Assembly (NCBI GenBank): GCA_030390025.1
Contig: CM059435.1
Span: forward strand, 93,248,001 to 93,312,000
From: Squalus acanthias
Taxonomy: Eukaryota
Length of the DNA: 64,000 bases
Reading direction: 5' to 3'
Shown here: positions 13,001 through 26,418 of the stretch, piece by piece
Layout: each line of letters starts with the position of its first letter
Position numbering within the stretch: position 1 is the first letter of the stretch
The notes under the pieces: model-generated
The model's input: only the letters and a program-made list of their open reading frames with translations
What the model was told of the DNA's origin: nothing
The model's database searches: none
Program-made: the position numbers and the translations under genes

Positions 13001-14639
13001 TGGATACCCGTAACATTTTCGGGAAGGTCTGTAAAGGAACGCACAGATTTGTAGGGAATATAGATTTATCTCCGATTGGATTTTGCATTGAAAAATGCGC
13101 TGCCGAGTAAGAGGGCAAATAGCGCAGCATTCCGTTTGATGCCCCGTTCAGTCTGGGATAAGGAATTTCCAAAGGGTAGCCTGTGTTCTCTTCTAAGCTG
13201 CGCAAACCACTAAGTACTAGTGAAATAAGACACTGCAGATCCGAAATCACCATTTTTTTTATTCTGTGCTTCTTTCTGGTTGAACTGCAGTTTACTTAAA
13301 ATGACAGGTTTGAATGATAGTAGATCTACAAAATGAAAATCACCTGCGCGTCTGTTTTACGGCGTTTCACCTGGAATTAGGAATTGGTGCCGTTTTCTGC
13401 CCAATGTTACTTTTATTTTAGTAAAACATCGCAACCCGTTTCTCAATTTTCATATGTGAAGTGTGTATGCATCGTACGGTGTGTTTAAAGTACACAGTGC
13501 TACTAAATACGACCGGGGTAGTGTGCCGGAATGAGGGTGTAATTAATGCTTGCTCAACTTTAAGAAATATGCCGAGATAACTCACCAGAGAATATTATTG
13601 TAAACTATACATTAATATCTAAGAATAAAACAACACTGTAATGCGTCACTGCCGACAAAAAAAAGAAACTAGCTTCTATGGTGTTGGATGTTCTGTGAAT
13701 CATTTTAAAGCAATGATTAAAATCCAATTTTTGTACCAGCGTGACATTAATCAAGAAAAAAAAATCGTAAATGTGCTCTTATAATTTTTATAAACCGACG
13801 TTAATTCTCTGAAAAGGTTGACTCAGTTTCCAAAAGGAGTAATTCTCCTCACAGAAAAGCAATCTCGTCAAAAGGATGAAATTGCCATACAAACAATAGA
13901 CAAGGGCAGCTAACAAAGTTGATCTTAAAAGGCGTTATGACTTAACTAAAGGCGACTTAATGAATTTCAGCGTAAATCAGCGGACAATGGAATGTAAAAA
14001 TGAAATATCCACTTTTTTTTTGTCGTTCAGCGAAGTGATTAAAAAAATCTGGCAGCCACGCGTCACTGGAGGAGGAGTTCAACTTGGAGTTAACCGCCTG
14101 ACAAGTCCAACATCTCCTTGTAGTCAGGAGCTAAGAATGGAGTTAGAATAATTGCACTTGTATATTATGCTGAGCAACATTCTTTAGTGCAGAGTACCCA
14201 ATGCCGTGTACCAGCCCAAATACTCTGTAAACTGTGTCCTTGCACTGAACTTTCACCTTGCGAACCCGTCCAGACTTCATTGGCTAACAGTTACAAAAAC
14301 ACACAAAGCTTTTTCTCTTTACCTCTCTCGCCTACCCTCGTGTGCTGCGGTCTGGAAACCCGTTACTTTTCGTCTTATTTATCACACGGGCCCTTTTTGC
14401 ATTGAAAGCGAACTGGAAAGGGAGACACAGATAATTTGGCAGTTTGGGAACGGGAAGACTACAGAACATAATCTTCGTCTTAATGCGGTCTTCGAGAAGG
14501 GGGGAGGTGAGGGTGAAAGGGAAGAGAAAAGTGGGGTCGCCTCTTCTAGATTCGGAAGATTTTATATATATTTATATATAAGAATAAAAAGGAGCTTTTG
14601 AGTGTAGCTTTCTAAGCGTTAATTATTTAAATAAAATAA

Positions 14640-15280
14640 CTGTGTCGGCGGGACCCCTGAACACTTCTTTGCATTTCGAACAGCGTTGGTGCGAGTGCAC
14701 AAAAGGTATAGCCGTGCCAGTGTCCCGGGTAGATTGAGCCGAGACCCATTCTCTCTCTCTCTCTCTTGCTTTGCACACAAGCCCAGCGCGTGGCGGCGGC
14801 TGAAAGCCCGAGGCTCCACCGGAGGAGGGGATTGAGTGAGGAGGGGAATGAGGGGGGTGGGGGGTGGGGGGAAGAGCAGATCATAAAATAAAGACACTGA
14901 AGTCTTTTGTTTACATAGCAGGTGGATGTGACGTCACCTGGACGCTGCACCGCAAGCGAAAAAAAATAACAATATGGCAAATCCGCCGAAACCTTTCACT
15001 TTTGTAGTCCGCTGCAACTCGAGTGCTGCAAATGAGAGAAAAAAACCCCCAACCAAACCTGTGATTGAAAGCGCAGCCCCCTTTGCACGCGCGGGCTTCT
15101 GCCATGTGAGGAAATGTGTCAGGCACAGGCAGGTGCGAGGTGATTTCTTTTTTTTTGAGGTGGGTGGTGTGAAGGGGGGGGGGGGGGTTGCAGAAGCAAA
15201 AACATTGGCGTGAAGTGGGAGCGCGAGCCCGCGCGTGCAGCTGGAGCCCGGACAGCGCGAGCGGGCGGGCGGAGTGATCT
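14640..15280 (+). promoter_or_regulatory. CpG-rich promoter region of an unidentified host gene
   Basis: CpG/GC peak inside a transposon-free block. Full CRE TGACGTCA at 14929-14936, forkhead TGTTTAC at 14908-14914, E-boxes, G-tracts, GGGCGG at ~15267, and a downstream GTAAGT donor. Confidence 0.65.
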
Positions 15281-15472
15281 CCCGTCTCTTTATTTATACT
15301 GGGGCTTGTTGTTGAATATATATTGTGGTTCCTCCCACCTCGTACACAATCGTAGTCTTTTTTTTAAAAAAATGTGCACTTGCAAAAATTAAATTAAAAG
15401 TGGAGTGAAGAATTATTTCATCTTGTACCACGTCGCTCTCTCTTTCTCCGATAAGCGCCGCTTTCACTTGTG
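15200..15472 (+). other. Probable non-coding first exon of host gene (start approximate)
   Basis: Follows the promoter motifs and ends at consensus donor TG|GTAAGT (15473). Alternative donor GTAAGC at 15527. No recognisable ORF. Confidence 0.45.
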
Positions 15473-16676
15473 GTAAGTTTTGTCTTAAGTTTTTTTTTGC
15501 TCAAACTCAAGGGAAAAAGTTCAGTGGTAAGCCTTCCAAGGTTGTGATTCCCCCCACCTCCCCTCATCCTTCGTTGGTTTTATTATGGAAAATATTGCAC
15601 GGAATGCGATTTATTTTTTTCATCTCCACCCGCGAGCTTGTGTTTTTAAAAGGAGTCCTGTCGCTCTCAGGGTTTCTCATTAAGTTAAACGTGACGTCCC
15701 TCTTCCACACAAGCAATGGATTAAAGAAATATATAAAGCTGTGTTATTTCTCCAGCCGAGTTCCTCACCAGCCAGTCACTTGCATGAACCAAAGTGGGAC
15801 GAAACCATTCTTGTCAAGAAGGGTAACTTTTTATAGAGTAGCAAAACCTGCTGAAAGTAAACTAACGCAATTTTAGTGGACGACTGCATTCATTGTATTG
15901 ATTTTAAGCTTGCTCATTTTTTAACCCCAAAAGATGAATTATTAACGAGCATGGATGTTTGTTGACATTCTCAGTCATTGGAAAACACGAGTAAGTTGCA
16001 AGAGAAAGGAAACTCTGCAATTCTTGATGAGAACTTTTCTTCAGAAACCTTTTGGTGTCTTACCCCGAAGATAATTAAGGATCCCCACCTTTCCATAAAA
16101 ACCCCTGCAATTATTGACATTATCGCGTATGGTATAGTTGAGAAGTTAGGTTCACTTTTTAACGGGATGGGTGAGTGGGCACGAGTCCCAGAAACGCCAC
16201 TGCATAGTTTATTGTGCTGCACAGCTGATTTGAAAAGTTGACATGGATAGACGTTAAATGGACATTAACAATCGAAAGACGTTAGTAGATACTTCTGGGG
16301 CAGTATCTGATGTTCAGAGAATTTATTTACAAACACAACTTTTGTGAGGGGAGAATATTGTGGTTCATTGCATTTACAAATGGACACTATGCATGCTTTA
16401 GGGATCTAATGTATTTTTGTGTTCTCAAAATCTATTTGAAGTATCAGCTTGGCTATTAGAAGAGAAGTGAAGCGGAGAGAGAGAATGGAGGTCAAGATAT
16501 CTTTTGCAGATTTGGTGAAATTTATGCACTCACAACACGACTTTCCATAACTCTCAGTTGCCAACTCTCATGGGTAATCCACCTGTTGCATGTGTCAAAA
16601 AAAAATGTGGGAATATATTGTCTTGCAACAATACTCCACTTGGTCAAGTTGGGCTATCTGGCATCAGCTGTATAAA

Positions 16677-18777
16677 GGTGTAGAAATTCAACGTCGCTAA
16701 AAACCTGCCGGTGCCACGGCTGCCGAAATTGATGGCGCTGGCAGGACTGGTAAATTGGCGCTGGTGACTAATTAACATTAGCCCTGCAATAAACTTACCG
16801 TGCACGGCCGTTTTAGTGGCGTTCATTGCTGCAAGAACAGCTTGCTCTTAAAGCAAGGCTGTCATTTCAGAAAGCAGTGCGGTCCCTTAAAGGGGAACTG
16901 CCTTCTGAAATGAAAAAAAGGTCATGTAAAAATAGGCAGTTTTTAGCCCTTTAGAGCTCAACTGCCTTCTGAAAAAAAATTAACTTAAAAAAGAATTCTC
17001 AAAGCTCTTAAAGCTGAATTGCCTTCCGCACGTAAAAAAAATGCTATAAGTGCTTCAGTACGAACACAAATGGCTCAGCAAGCCAGGGAAGGGGTACCCA
17101 GGGTCTCGCAGGCAGCACTCCAGCTTTGTGCAGGGGGTCAACACTGCAAGAGAGGTCCTGTACCCACAGGGGTCAGGAGGCCCTCCTGAAAGAAGAATGT
17201 GGGAGCAGATTACCGAGGCCAGCAGTGTCACCTCCAAGACCTGGGTCCAGTGCCCAAACAAGTTTCATGACCTCAGACAAGTGGTCAAGGTCAGTGAATG
17301 CATCTTCAAAAGCAGTCTTCTACCAACTGCACCACTAGCCTCATACACTTCTCAATGCACTACCACCCCCACCTCCCCGCCGCTGCCCAATCACTCACCT
17401 ACCTACAATCTGTACCAAACACGAGGCAGACCTCCATTCCTAGCTTCACCTCACCCCTTGGAGGAGACGGTGCTGGCCATTCTTGGCAGGGGCATGGCTG
17501 AGCACTTCGCCAGTGGTGGGGCAGAGAGGATACAAGATGCTGGTATCCTCATACGTTATCATCCTTTTCACATGTATCTCTTGCTTTCCCTCCCTCCCCT
17601 CACCACAACTCCACCCTTGTGCCTTCCTCATTTCACACACCCAAGAAATGTAGCCTGCCCAGCCAGTGGTTTACAGAGGAGAGTGAAGAATAATAATGAT
17701 AAGAAACACCATCACTCAATTTCACACTCCCAGCTCCTTGAGGTCGACCAGCAAGGCCATTTGCAGTGTCCCCCACTGAAAGTCAGCAGCCTTCCACCAG
17801 CCATGCTACAGCCATTGGGGTAGCACTGCATGACATCAGTAGGATAGGCAAAGGTACACACAAGACAGTCACTAAGGGAATGGAAAGGGTGATGAGTTGA
17901 TTTCTTGATGTCATATTGGATGGATAAATGTATAAAGATGGATTGGAAAGTTTGCTTTGTGGTGGCTTTTATTTCAGCATTGTGGCCAAGAGGACGCTGT
18001 GATGATCAGTAAGTTGTAGGACAAATGTTGAAAGGGGAATTGGGGTTGTGGCCACTGGTACCGCAAGCGGAAGATTCCATTACGGATATCCTGGCCAGAA
18101 AGTGGCTGTCTGGGTTGCTTCCTCCTCTTCTGCGTCTTCCTCTTCCCTCTGTGAGCGGATGCTGTAAATCTCAAGTGAAAGCATAAAGTGCAGGAAATAC
18201 TCAGCAGGTCAGGCAACGTCTCGACCTGAGACATGAACTCTCTTTTTCCACAGATGCTGCCTGACCTGCTGAGTATTTCCAGCATTTTTTGTCGTCTCAG
18301 AGGCCATCCTTTGCCATCCGAAGCCTTGCAAGTGTCCAGCAGCACAATCTCCACACTTAAAAACTTTTAACATGTATTGCACCAAGCCACTACTTCAATA
18401 AAATAAAAAAATCCAGTCCAGAAGCTTAAATGCAAACTTACCTGAAAGATATGTGTGTCCCTTTTAGAAGTACTGACAGCGTCTCTGTCAGTCCGCTGCT
18501 CGCTCGGTTTTCAGAACGAGCTTGGGACTCAGCGCTAAACTCAGCACGAAGGTCCAAATTCAGAGTGTGACATTAAGATGGTGTTGCACACCAACTGATG
18601 TCACACTCTCCATATTTGCATCTCCAGAGTCAGCGCTGCTATCCGCAGCACTAAGGCCCTCACCAAATTGGCGGCCGCTGAGTCCTGCGCCAGAGAAGGG
18701 CGTTAGAGTGGCGGCCGCCATTTTTTGCCACGATTGCGGCGCTAACTCGTGGCGGTAAGGTAGGGAATTTCTGGGCC
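16677..18777 (+). mobile_element. Degraded, internally deleted Harbinger element
   Basis: Imperfect TIRs GGTGTAGAAATTC / GAATTTCTGGGCC. Myb/SANT remnant VQGVNTAREVLYP...WEQI...TWVQCPNKFHDLRQVVK followed by a GTCAGT donor (~17100-17290). Confidence 0.7.
18178..18292. repeat. Penelope pLTR-derived hairpin element nested in Harbinger
   Basis: Perfect 23-bp inverted repeat GGAAATACTCAGCAGGTCAGGCA (18193-18215) / 18258-18280. Homologous to the 2371 and 51245 repeats. Confidence 0.75.
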
Positions 18778-19020
18778 ATAAAATCTTAATGACTGATGTA
18801 TGTCTGTAGACCATTGTCAAGTTATTGATGTGTTTGTAGGGTGTGAAGTTTGGCTCTTCCAAAATTTGAGGCAATCAAAAAACAATTGAATACACTGCCT
18901 CTAAGCATACTTCTGAAAAACAGTTTTTACAAGTGCTTTTAGTGACCATGTTGGTTCCTTATTAATATAATAAAAACCTCAAAAGTTAAACAATTTTCAA
19001 AACAAATCATTATACATATA

Positions 19021-19909
19021 GGGGGAAAAATTCAGTTGGTTGCGCCTCCCGTTAGCGCCTTAAGAGGGCGCTAATGGGGCGCAAAGCAGCTAGCGCCCGG
19101 GTGCAGCGAAGTTTGCGCCGCTCGCGAAATTAACTAGACATTTTGCGGCGGCGCTAAACACTACCGCCACGATCTCCTGCGCCGGCAGATCATGACGTCA
19201 CTCGAGTGCGCAACGCCCCGGTATCGCCCCGGAGCGGATATTGAGTGGCGCCCCCTGCCTTACCGCCTGACGCTAGCAACGACAGGTTGAGGGGAGCGTT
19301 CTGCAGTCATGAAGGGAAAGGGGGAGCGCTATTTAAAGGTGAACACTTCCTGCCTTTTATTGTTGGTGCCATTTTTGAACTAAGCATTCTGAGAGAGGTA
19401 GAACTTCTGGAGAGATTCAACGTTGTGTGAAGGAGTTTTGGGTACTGAGCAGCACTTTTCAGGTTCATTTTGATTTGCCATTCCTTGTATCGATTTAGCA
19501 GAGATTGTGGGGGCTGCACTCTGAGCTCTTGGCCTGGTACTCTCCATTGTTCTTTCCAGCAGATTTGATGTGCAGGTCTCTCCAGGCCGAGATTCAAGGC
19601 TGCAATGAGCAGGATGTGGATGGAAAGCAAGATTAACCATCCCCTTTAAGAACTGGCCCGTGCCATTGTGTGTGTGTTCCATTGCTGACTGACATTACAT
19701 GAGCTTCGCCAGCGCTCTGAGGTAGCGCCTCGCTCCTCGGCCTTTGCGCCTTTAAGACAGGTGTGAAGCGCCTGATTTAGCGCTGCAATCACCTCCAGGG
19801 GCGATAAAAGTCAAGTTTGCAGTCGGTGGCGATAATTAGCGCCAGGCGCTAATCTTTGCGCCCGGCCGATATTTGCGCCCCAAATGGGGCGCGACTGAAT
19901 TTTTCCCCC
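19021..19909. mobile_element. Non-autonomous Harbinger (MITE), copy 1
   Basis: TIRs GGGGGAAAAATTCAGT / ACTGAATTTTTCCCCC, 3-bp TSD ATA. Closely similar to 26948-27824. Confidence 0.92.
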
Positions 19910-20452
19910 ATACTATTTTAAAATGCCTCAAAGTATGCACTTTCACTCTTCCGTTCGCCACAGCCCACATGGGGAGGGTGCCTCAGCTTTGCACGTTGCT
20001 TGGTTTCTGGAGCTTTGACCTGGAGCTTCCCATGATTGTTTTCTGTGTCTGCCGTTCAGTGCCTCTGTTGGTGGTACTGTACAAAGACACCAGATTAGTG
20101 GCCTCACTGCCAGTTTGGTTTATGTGCAAATATTGTGTGAGCAATCCTTCCACTCCTCCAGCCCCCCACCCCCACCCTGCCCCATCTTTGCAGCAACTCT
20201 CAATGGCAGCTGCTTCACTAATGGGAGCTCGAGGTGGATAGCAGCCATTATCAATCCCCCATAACATTTTCATTGAGCAAAACATCTTTTTCTTTTATGT
20301 CTGCGATTTATATTTTTGGAGCAGCTGTGCATTATTACTGCCTATCTCTCTGAATGCCATAAACTGCTCAAAACTTAAATAGACTGAAATACTGGTGCAA
20401 GAAGATAATTGCATTCATTTCGATTGGGATGAAAATTATTTAATATTTACAG

Positions 20453-20820
20453 TAGAAAGATCCTGCATTTATATAGCATATTACACATCCTGAGGATGTT
20501 CTAAAAGCACTTTATAGTTAATTTGTTACTTTTGAAGTGTAGTCACTTATTTTGTAGGCAAACATGCAGTTAATTTGCACACAGCTAGGTCTCACAAACA
20601 GAAGTGATCAGTTTATCTATTTTTTGTGGTGTTGGTTGATGACAAATGTTAACCAGGACACCGGAAGAACTCTGCTGTTCTTCTTCGAATAGAAGCCATG
20701 GCATCTTTCACATCCACCCAAGCAGGCAGATGGGGCATCAGTTTATTGTTTCCTTTGAAAGCTAGCACCTCTGACAATACAGCGCTCCCTGAGAACTACA
20801 CAGAATTGTCATCCTAGATC
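20453..20820 (-). mobile_element. Deu-domain SINE (SacSINE1/AmnSINE1-like), degraded
   Basis: Aligns by eye with 40680-41065 (TGCATTTATATAGC tail, CCAGGACACC, GCACCTCTGACA). Confidence 0.75.
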
Positions 20821-21261
20821 ATGGGCCTGAAATTGCGGTTGGAGGCTTCCCCCCGGGCGGATGCCTCCCACCTGCAAAAAATCTACGAACCTGGTCCTGG
20901 AGGTTCGGACACTTGAGAGAGAACTTTTTGGTGAGAGACTTTATAATAACTTATTTAGAAGTGCACCATGCCAGACCCAGTCAAACTAAAAGACTTTCAA
21001 TAAATGATTCACCAAAGTGTTCAAGATCAGAGCTCCAGAGGTATGCAACCTGAGCAACAAGATCTTCTTCAGTAGAATAGCCTTGCCAAAAAACATGCTG
21101 AAGATCATGCGGTAGGCCAAAACTTTGAAGGTGATTTGTTTAGTTAACAGGAGCTTCCATCAATTTAGACAATACTGATATAATGAAGTAAGAGGGATCG
21201 CCTTTCTTGGGGGAAGGGGTGAAAATAAGCACATTTCTAAAACAAAGGAAAGGTGAACTGG

Positions 21262-21792
21262 GAGAAAGAGCAATTCTGGGCACCACACTTTAGGAAGGAT
21301 GTAAATGCTTTGAAGAGATTTACTAGAATGGTTCCAGGGATGAGGGATTACAGTTGCGTGGTTAGACTGGAGAATCTGGGGTTGTTCTCCTTGGAGCAGA
21401 GAAGGCTAAGAGGAGATTTGATAGAGGTGTTTAAAATCATGATGGGTTTAGATAAGAGTAAATAAAGAGAAACTCTTTCCAACAGCTGAAGGGTGGATAA
21501 CGAGAGGCCACAGATTTAAGGTGATTGGCAAAAGAACCAGAGGCGACATGAGGAAAAACTTTTTTACGCAATGAGTGGATAGGTTTTGGACTGCACTGTC
21601 TGATGGTGGTGGATACAGATTCAATAGTAGCCTTTAAAAGGAAATTGGATAAATAATTGAAGGAGAAAAAATTGCAGGGATATGGGGCAGGAGCAGGGTA
21701 GTGGGACTAACTGCATTGCTCTTCGAAAGAGCTGGCGCAGACTCGATGGGCCGAATGGCCGCCTTCTGTGCTATACTATTCTATGATTCTAA
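21262..21792 (+). mobile_element. CR1 LINE 3' fragment
   Basis: Reads QFWAPHFRKDV...LGLFSLEQRRLRGDLIEVFKI. Tail ATTCTATGATTCTA. Confidence 0.9.
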
Positions 21793-23512
21793 GAGAATGC
21801 ATACGACAGGGGTTAGTTTGAAGGTACTTGACCATATTGGGATGGATACAGTTATAACAAGATGGGAGGGATTAATTCATGATCAGAAGTCTTATCGGAG
21901 TCCAGAAAGCAAAAGATCCAACACACCTGGTGGGGATAAAACTTGATGTCAGTCGCAAAAAAATAGATGGAGGCTCTTTAGGAAGGCCATTGAAATTAGA
22001 GCAAGAGGAGAAAAGTGAATCATAAATGTCAGCTTTCTCTTGAGAATAGGAAGCAACTGTACCAATTGGAAGGAGAATTCTTAGACATTATTAGAGATAG
22101 TTTAGGCAAGCAACCAAAAAGAACAGCTGTTGAGAGGAGCAGAAAGATAGCAGTTGACACTTGCTTTCATTAAAGTTGTCTTTGTTAGCTCTACCAGTGG
22201 ATTTACTGAGGCTATGAGCAAGGATAAAATTGGCTTGGGATACATCAGACTGATCAAGATGCCAAGTACAATAGGCAGAATTTTTATGAGGGATAACAGA
22301 ATGGCAAGCATAATTGAACCAAGATATAGTACTAGATATGAAGGAAGTGTAACAGTGCGGTAGAAAATCTTCCACGCAAGCAAGAATATCAGTTATTTCA
22401 CTGGCACAGATAGAAGAATTAAAAAAATAAGAGCAGAGTTGGACCACTGAAAAGAGTCAAATAATTCTCAAAGACCATCCTAGTTGGCAGTCGTGCTGAA
22501 CTATAAGACCAGACTTTTGTTTTGAAAGCGATTTTGCAAGAGGCAGATAATGAGACAATGTCAAAACAATCTAGAGTTCAGATATTAGCTTAACTTGCAA
22601 GCATTTCTATTAAGCAGGATAAATAAACTGATGGGGAGGAGGGGCGGGTTGGACTTTGGAAGAGTTTGCAGAGATGACTGCGACTTTTTTGTTTTCTAAG
22701 CTCGAGCGTTTTAGATTTTTGTGTTGCTTAAGAAGGAAAATAATGCCACCTGGGTGCTGTTGTATAGCAATCCTGCCAATGCAAAAAGATGAGACACAGA
22801 TGAGGCACGTGTGGAATTTTTTATAGACCTGTACTGGTCCTGTATTTTACATTTGTCTGAGGTTGAAAAATCTGGGAAATGTTATATATATTTTGGGGGA
22901 GACCCTATTCAGGGAGAAGGCAAACCAATTGTTTAGCTGAAAAAGTGGCATATCTCACTGCAGTACCAAGGACCATTTACACTGGTAGTATCTTTTCCAA
23001 CAACATCTGTCCTGTCAATTACATTGGTGCTTCAGCTCCTTGACATAGTGATTCAATAACTGACATAGCAGTTGGATGGAGATAAACTGGCACAAAATCA
23101 ATAGTTGGTGGAAAATAATTAATTTTTGGAGAAACAGTCTGCCAGCCTAAGATTAGAGAACAAGCACAGGTTAATGTGCATGTTACAGATGAGAGTAGTC
23201 AACAGACTTTTAGAAGCAGAATAAGTATTTGATCAAAATGCACAGTGTATATGTAATTTAACATGCTACAAATGCACAAGTTGAGAAGTATGATGAGTGG
23301 AAAGAAAAAAACTTTTGCTCTGGCATTGGGCGCTCATTGGTATAAAGCACTTTCAGCTGTGGTTGAATTCAGTAATCATATATTAACCAGCTGAAATTGT
23401 TACCCCCCCTGCTGAGATCCTAAGTGACATTATTTTGGGCATTTTCAGTCTGGATCCTAGTGAGTGTAATTCCACAGCTCAAAACTGTTCATAATTTTCC
23501 ATCAAATACTGA

Positions 23513-25059
23513 GGCTGCGAATTTAATGGAAGAGGTGGGATGGTGGCGGGAGAGCTGGTTTCATGGTTCTGGTCCCGCTCCCAGCTGCAGCTGCTCTGTA
23601 AATGGGATTTTCCCTTGATTGGCCTTGTTAAGCCCACCCTGCGGACTTCCCGGCCAATTAACAGGAAGCAGGTCTGATGACGTCATTTGATGGCACGTCA
23701 TCAGCCGGTTTCCTTAAAGGGACCACGTCCACATGGAGTTTGACAGTTGTTCTGTTAGTGTTTGACAGCATTGAGGTGCTGCAAACACTGACAAGCACTA
23801 CACAAAGGTGAACGCTTGCACCCAGGCCCTCCACTGACTCCTTCCATATGCTTATGGAGGGAGTCACAGCATGCAGGGAGACTCCCTTCCCTTCCAAGGG
23901 CGGAAGAGATCTCCCCAGGACACCAACGCAGCCTGGTTGCACATTGCACAGGAGGTCCCTGGCTGCAGTGATGCCAACCTTTCAATGATCTCAGTGAATC
24001 ACGAAACGTTACTGCAAAGCCACACTCAAACTCATCCTGCTGTGCCACTCAACACATCCCCATCACTCTGCCTTCCATACCCTTCTCCTGCACATCCTTA
24101 CACCAACTTACCTTGCAACTCCACCCAACCCTCTCTATCTAACATTATCACTTCGCCATCTCACTAGCCACCCCTCACACTCGCCCTCATCCGACTGCAA
24201 GCATACCAACTAACAACACACAAGGGTAGGCACTTGAGTGGTTTAGCCAATGTCCATGTGAAGTTTCTGGTAATTTGTTGTCACACAGTGAAATTTATTT
24301 TTCCAACTCTGCCCCTTATTGGACAGATCTGTGTGCACCTTGAGAAGTGTCTTCCTGAGTTTCAGTGAATGTTGAGACATAACTCCACCCCCCCCTCCCC
24401 TCGCTATAGTGATGAGTGTGCATGGAATGGCTTGGACATTAAAGGGATGCTTCACGGTGCTAGTGTGGGATGGTGTCAACCTGACGCATCATGTGGCAGC
24501 CAGGGTTTACAGCATCAAGTGAAGAAAATCTAGCCATGGTGATGCCATCGCTGGCCTCCCCGGGCAGCAATGTTGTCAGGGGATGATGCCCTGTGTCCAG
24601 TGCAGCATCAGGTGATGGCGGAGGAGGTTGGTGATGTTGGTGTTGGGGCTGATCGTGGAAGGATTCGGAGGACCAAGGTCTGATTTTTTCAAGGGCACTG
24701 ATGTTGCTGCAATAGATGGCATCTGCAGGTGCGATGACAGAAGCGATCTGTCAATAGTGAGAGAAGTTCTCCCAATGAGATGGCACTGGACATACAGTTG
24801 GATCTAAAAACTTGTAAGCTAAAGAAATCTATGTATAAAAAATGCAGTAACCAACATTTTCTGCGGTCTGAAACTCACCATCTGCAACATGGCATCCTTT
24901 ACACCACTTCTGCAGCTGTCAGATTATCAGAAACATCAGAGCAGACTCAAAACATGCCAGGTTGAGCTGGCATGTTCCCCGAACAGCTGTCAATCTTTGC
25001 TATTTTGACAGCGGACCTGCCTCCAAACCCGCCCTCTGAGCGCTATTAAATTCGCGGCC
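23513..25059 (+). mobile_element. Internally deleted Harbinger element
   Basis: TIRs GGCTGCGAATTTAAT / ATTAAATTCGCGGCC, TSD TGA on both sides. Myb remnant APRPSTDSFHMLMEGV...RKRSPQDTNAAWLHIAQEV..FNDL. Confidence 0.85.
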
Positions 25060-25459
25060 TGACATACTGCAAGGGAAATTGGTGTGGGAAAATGCACACT
25101 GGTGTCTTATAGAAGATAGGCTTTCTTGATCTGGGATTAAGTCAGTTGTTTAAAGTTGTGAAGAGCAAGTTTAACATTCTGTATGTAGTATTTTGCTAAT
25201 AGTGACGAACAGAATTTGAATGCAATAAATACCGGGCAGTTTGGCCCTTGTTTGCATGACACTGACAGATTTGGAACATTGAATTTGTGGTGGAAAAAAT
25301 TGATAGTATATTGCCTTTATGGGCACATTTAAAATATGCTCCCATTTTTAACACATTTTAAAATGGCTAGAACATAGGAACAGGAGTAGGTCATTCAGCC
25401 CCTCGAGCCTGTTCCATAAACAGAAAACTAATTTCTAAGTGACCGTAAGTAAAATCACA

Positions 25460-26418
25460 AAGATATACATTAATGATCTAGATAAGGGAACTAAATGTAA
25501 TATCTCCAAGTTTGCAGATGACACAAAGCTGGGTGGGCGTGTGTGCTGTGAGGAGGATACCGAGAAACTCCAGGATGATTTGGACAGGTTGGGTGAGTGG
25601 GCAGAAGCGTGGCAGATGCAATATAATGTGGATAAATGCGAGGTTATCCACTTTGGTGTCAAAAACAGAAAGGCAGACTATTATCTGAATGGCAATAGAT
25701 TGGGAGAAGGGGAAGTGCAATGAGACCTGGGTGTCCTTGTGTACCAGTCGCTGAAGGTAAGCATGCATGTGCAGCAGGCGGTGAAGAAGGCAAATGGTAT
25801 GTTGGCCTTCATAGCGAAAGGGTTTGAGTAAAGGAACAGTGATGTCCTGCTGCAGTTGTACAGGGCCTTGGTGAGACCACACCTTGAGTACTGTGTGCAG
25901 TTTTGGTCGCCTTATCTGAGGAAGGATGTTCTTGCCATGGAAGGAGTTCAGCGAAGATTCACAAGGCTGATACCTGGGATGGCAGGAATGACATATGAGG
26001 AGAGATTGGGTCGATTGGGCTTATACTCGCTGGAGTATAGAAGAATGAGAAGGGATCTCATCGAAACATATAAAATTCTGACAGGTCTGGACAAACTAGA
26101 TGCAGGAAGAATGTTCCCGATGGTCATAATCTAAGGATAAGGGGTAAGACATTTAGGACAGAAATGAGGAAGAATTTCTTCACCCAGAGAGTGGTGAACC
26201 TGTGGAATTCTCTACCACAGAAGGTAGTTGAGGCCAAGTCATTAAATATATTCAAGAATGAGTTAGATATATTTCTTAAAGCTAAAGGTATCAAGGGATA
26301 TGGGGAGAAGGCAGGTACAGGGTACTGAGTTTGGATGATCAGCCATGATCTCATCGAATGGCGGAGCAGGCTCGAGGGGCCGAATGGCCTACTCCTGCTC
26401 CTATCTTCGATGTTTCTA
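25460..26418 (+). mobile_element. 5'-truncated CR1 LINE
   Basis: Reads YINDLDKG...SKFADDTKLGG (RT catalytic region), YRALVRPHLEYCVQFWSP, then the CR1 3' UTR. In-frame stops present. Confidence 0.93.

Noticed and set aside
17050-17823. 257-aa ORF as a host gene
   Set aside because: It is a read-through of a decayed Harbinger Myb exon into its intron, and lies within TIRs.
19245-19682. Similar ORFs in both MITE copies
   Set aside because: The similarity reflects repeat homology. Frames and ends differ between copies and no domain is recognisable.
20823-20915. Isolated Harbinger-like terminus (another at ~30178)
   Set aside because: No partner TIR found, so it is a fragment only.
21800-22600. 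Purine-rich stretch, possibly an old LINE or coding remnant
   Set aside because: No diagnostic motif in any frame.
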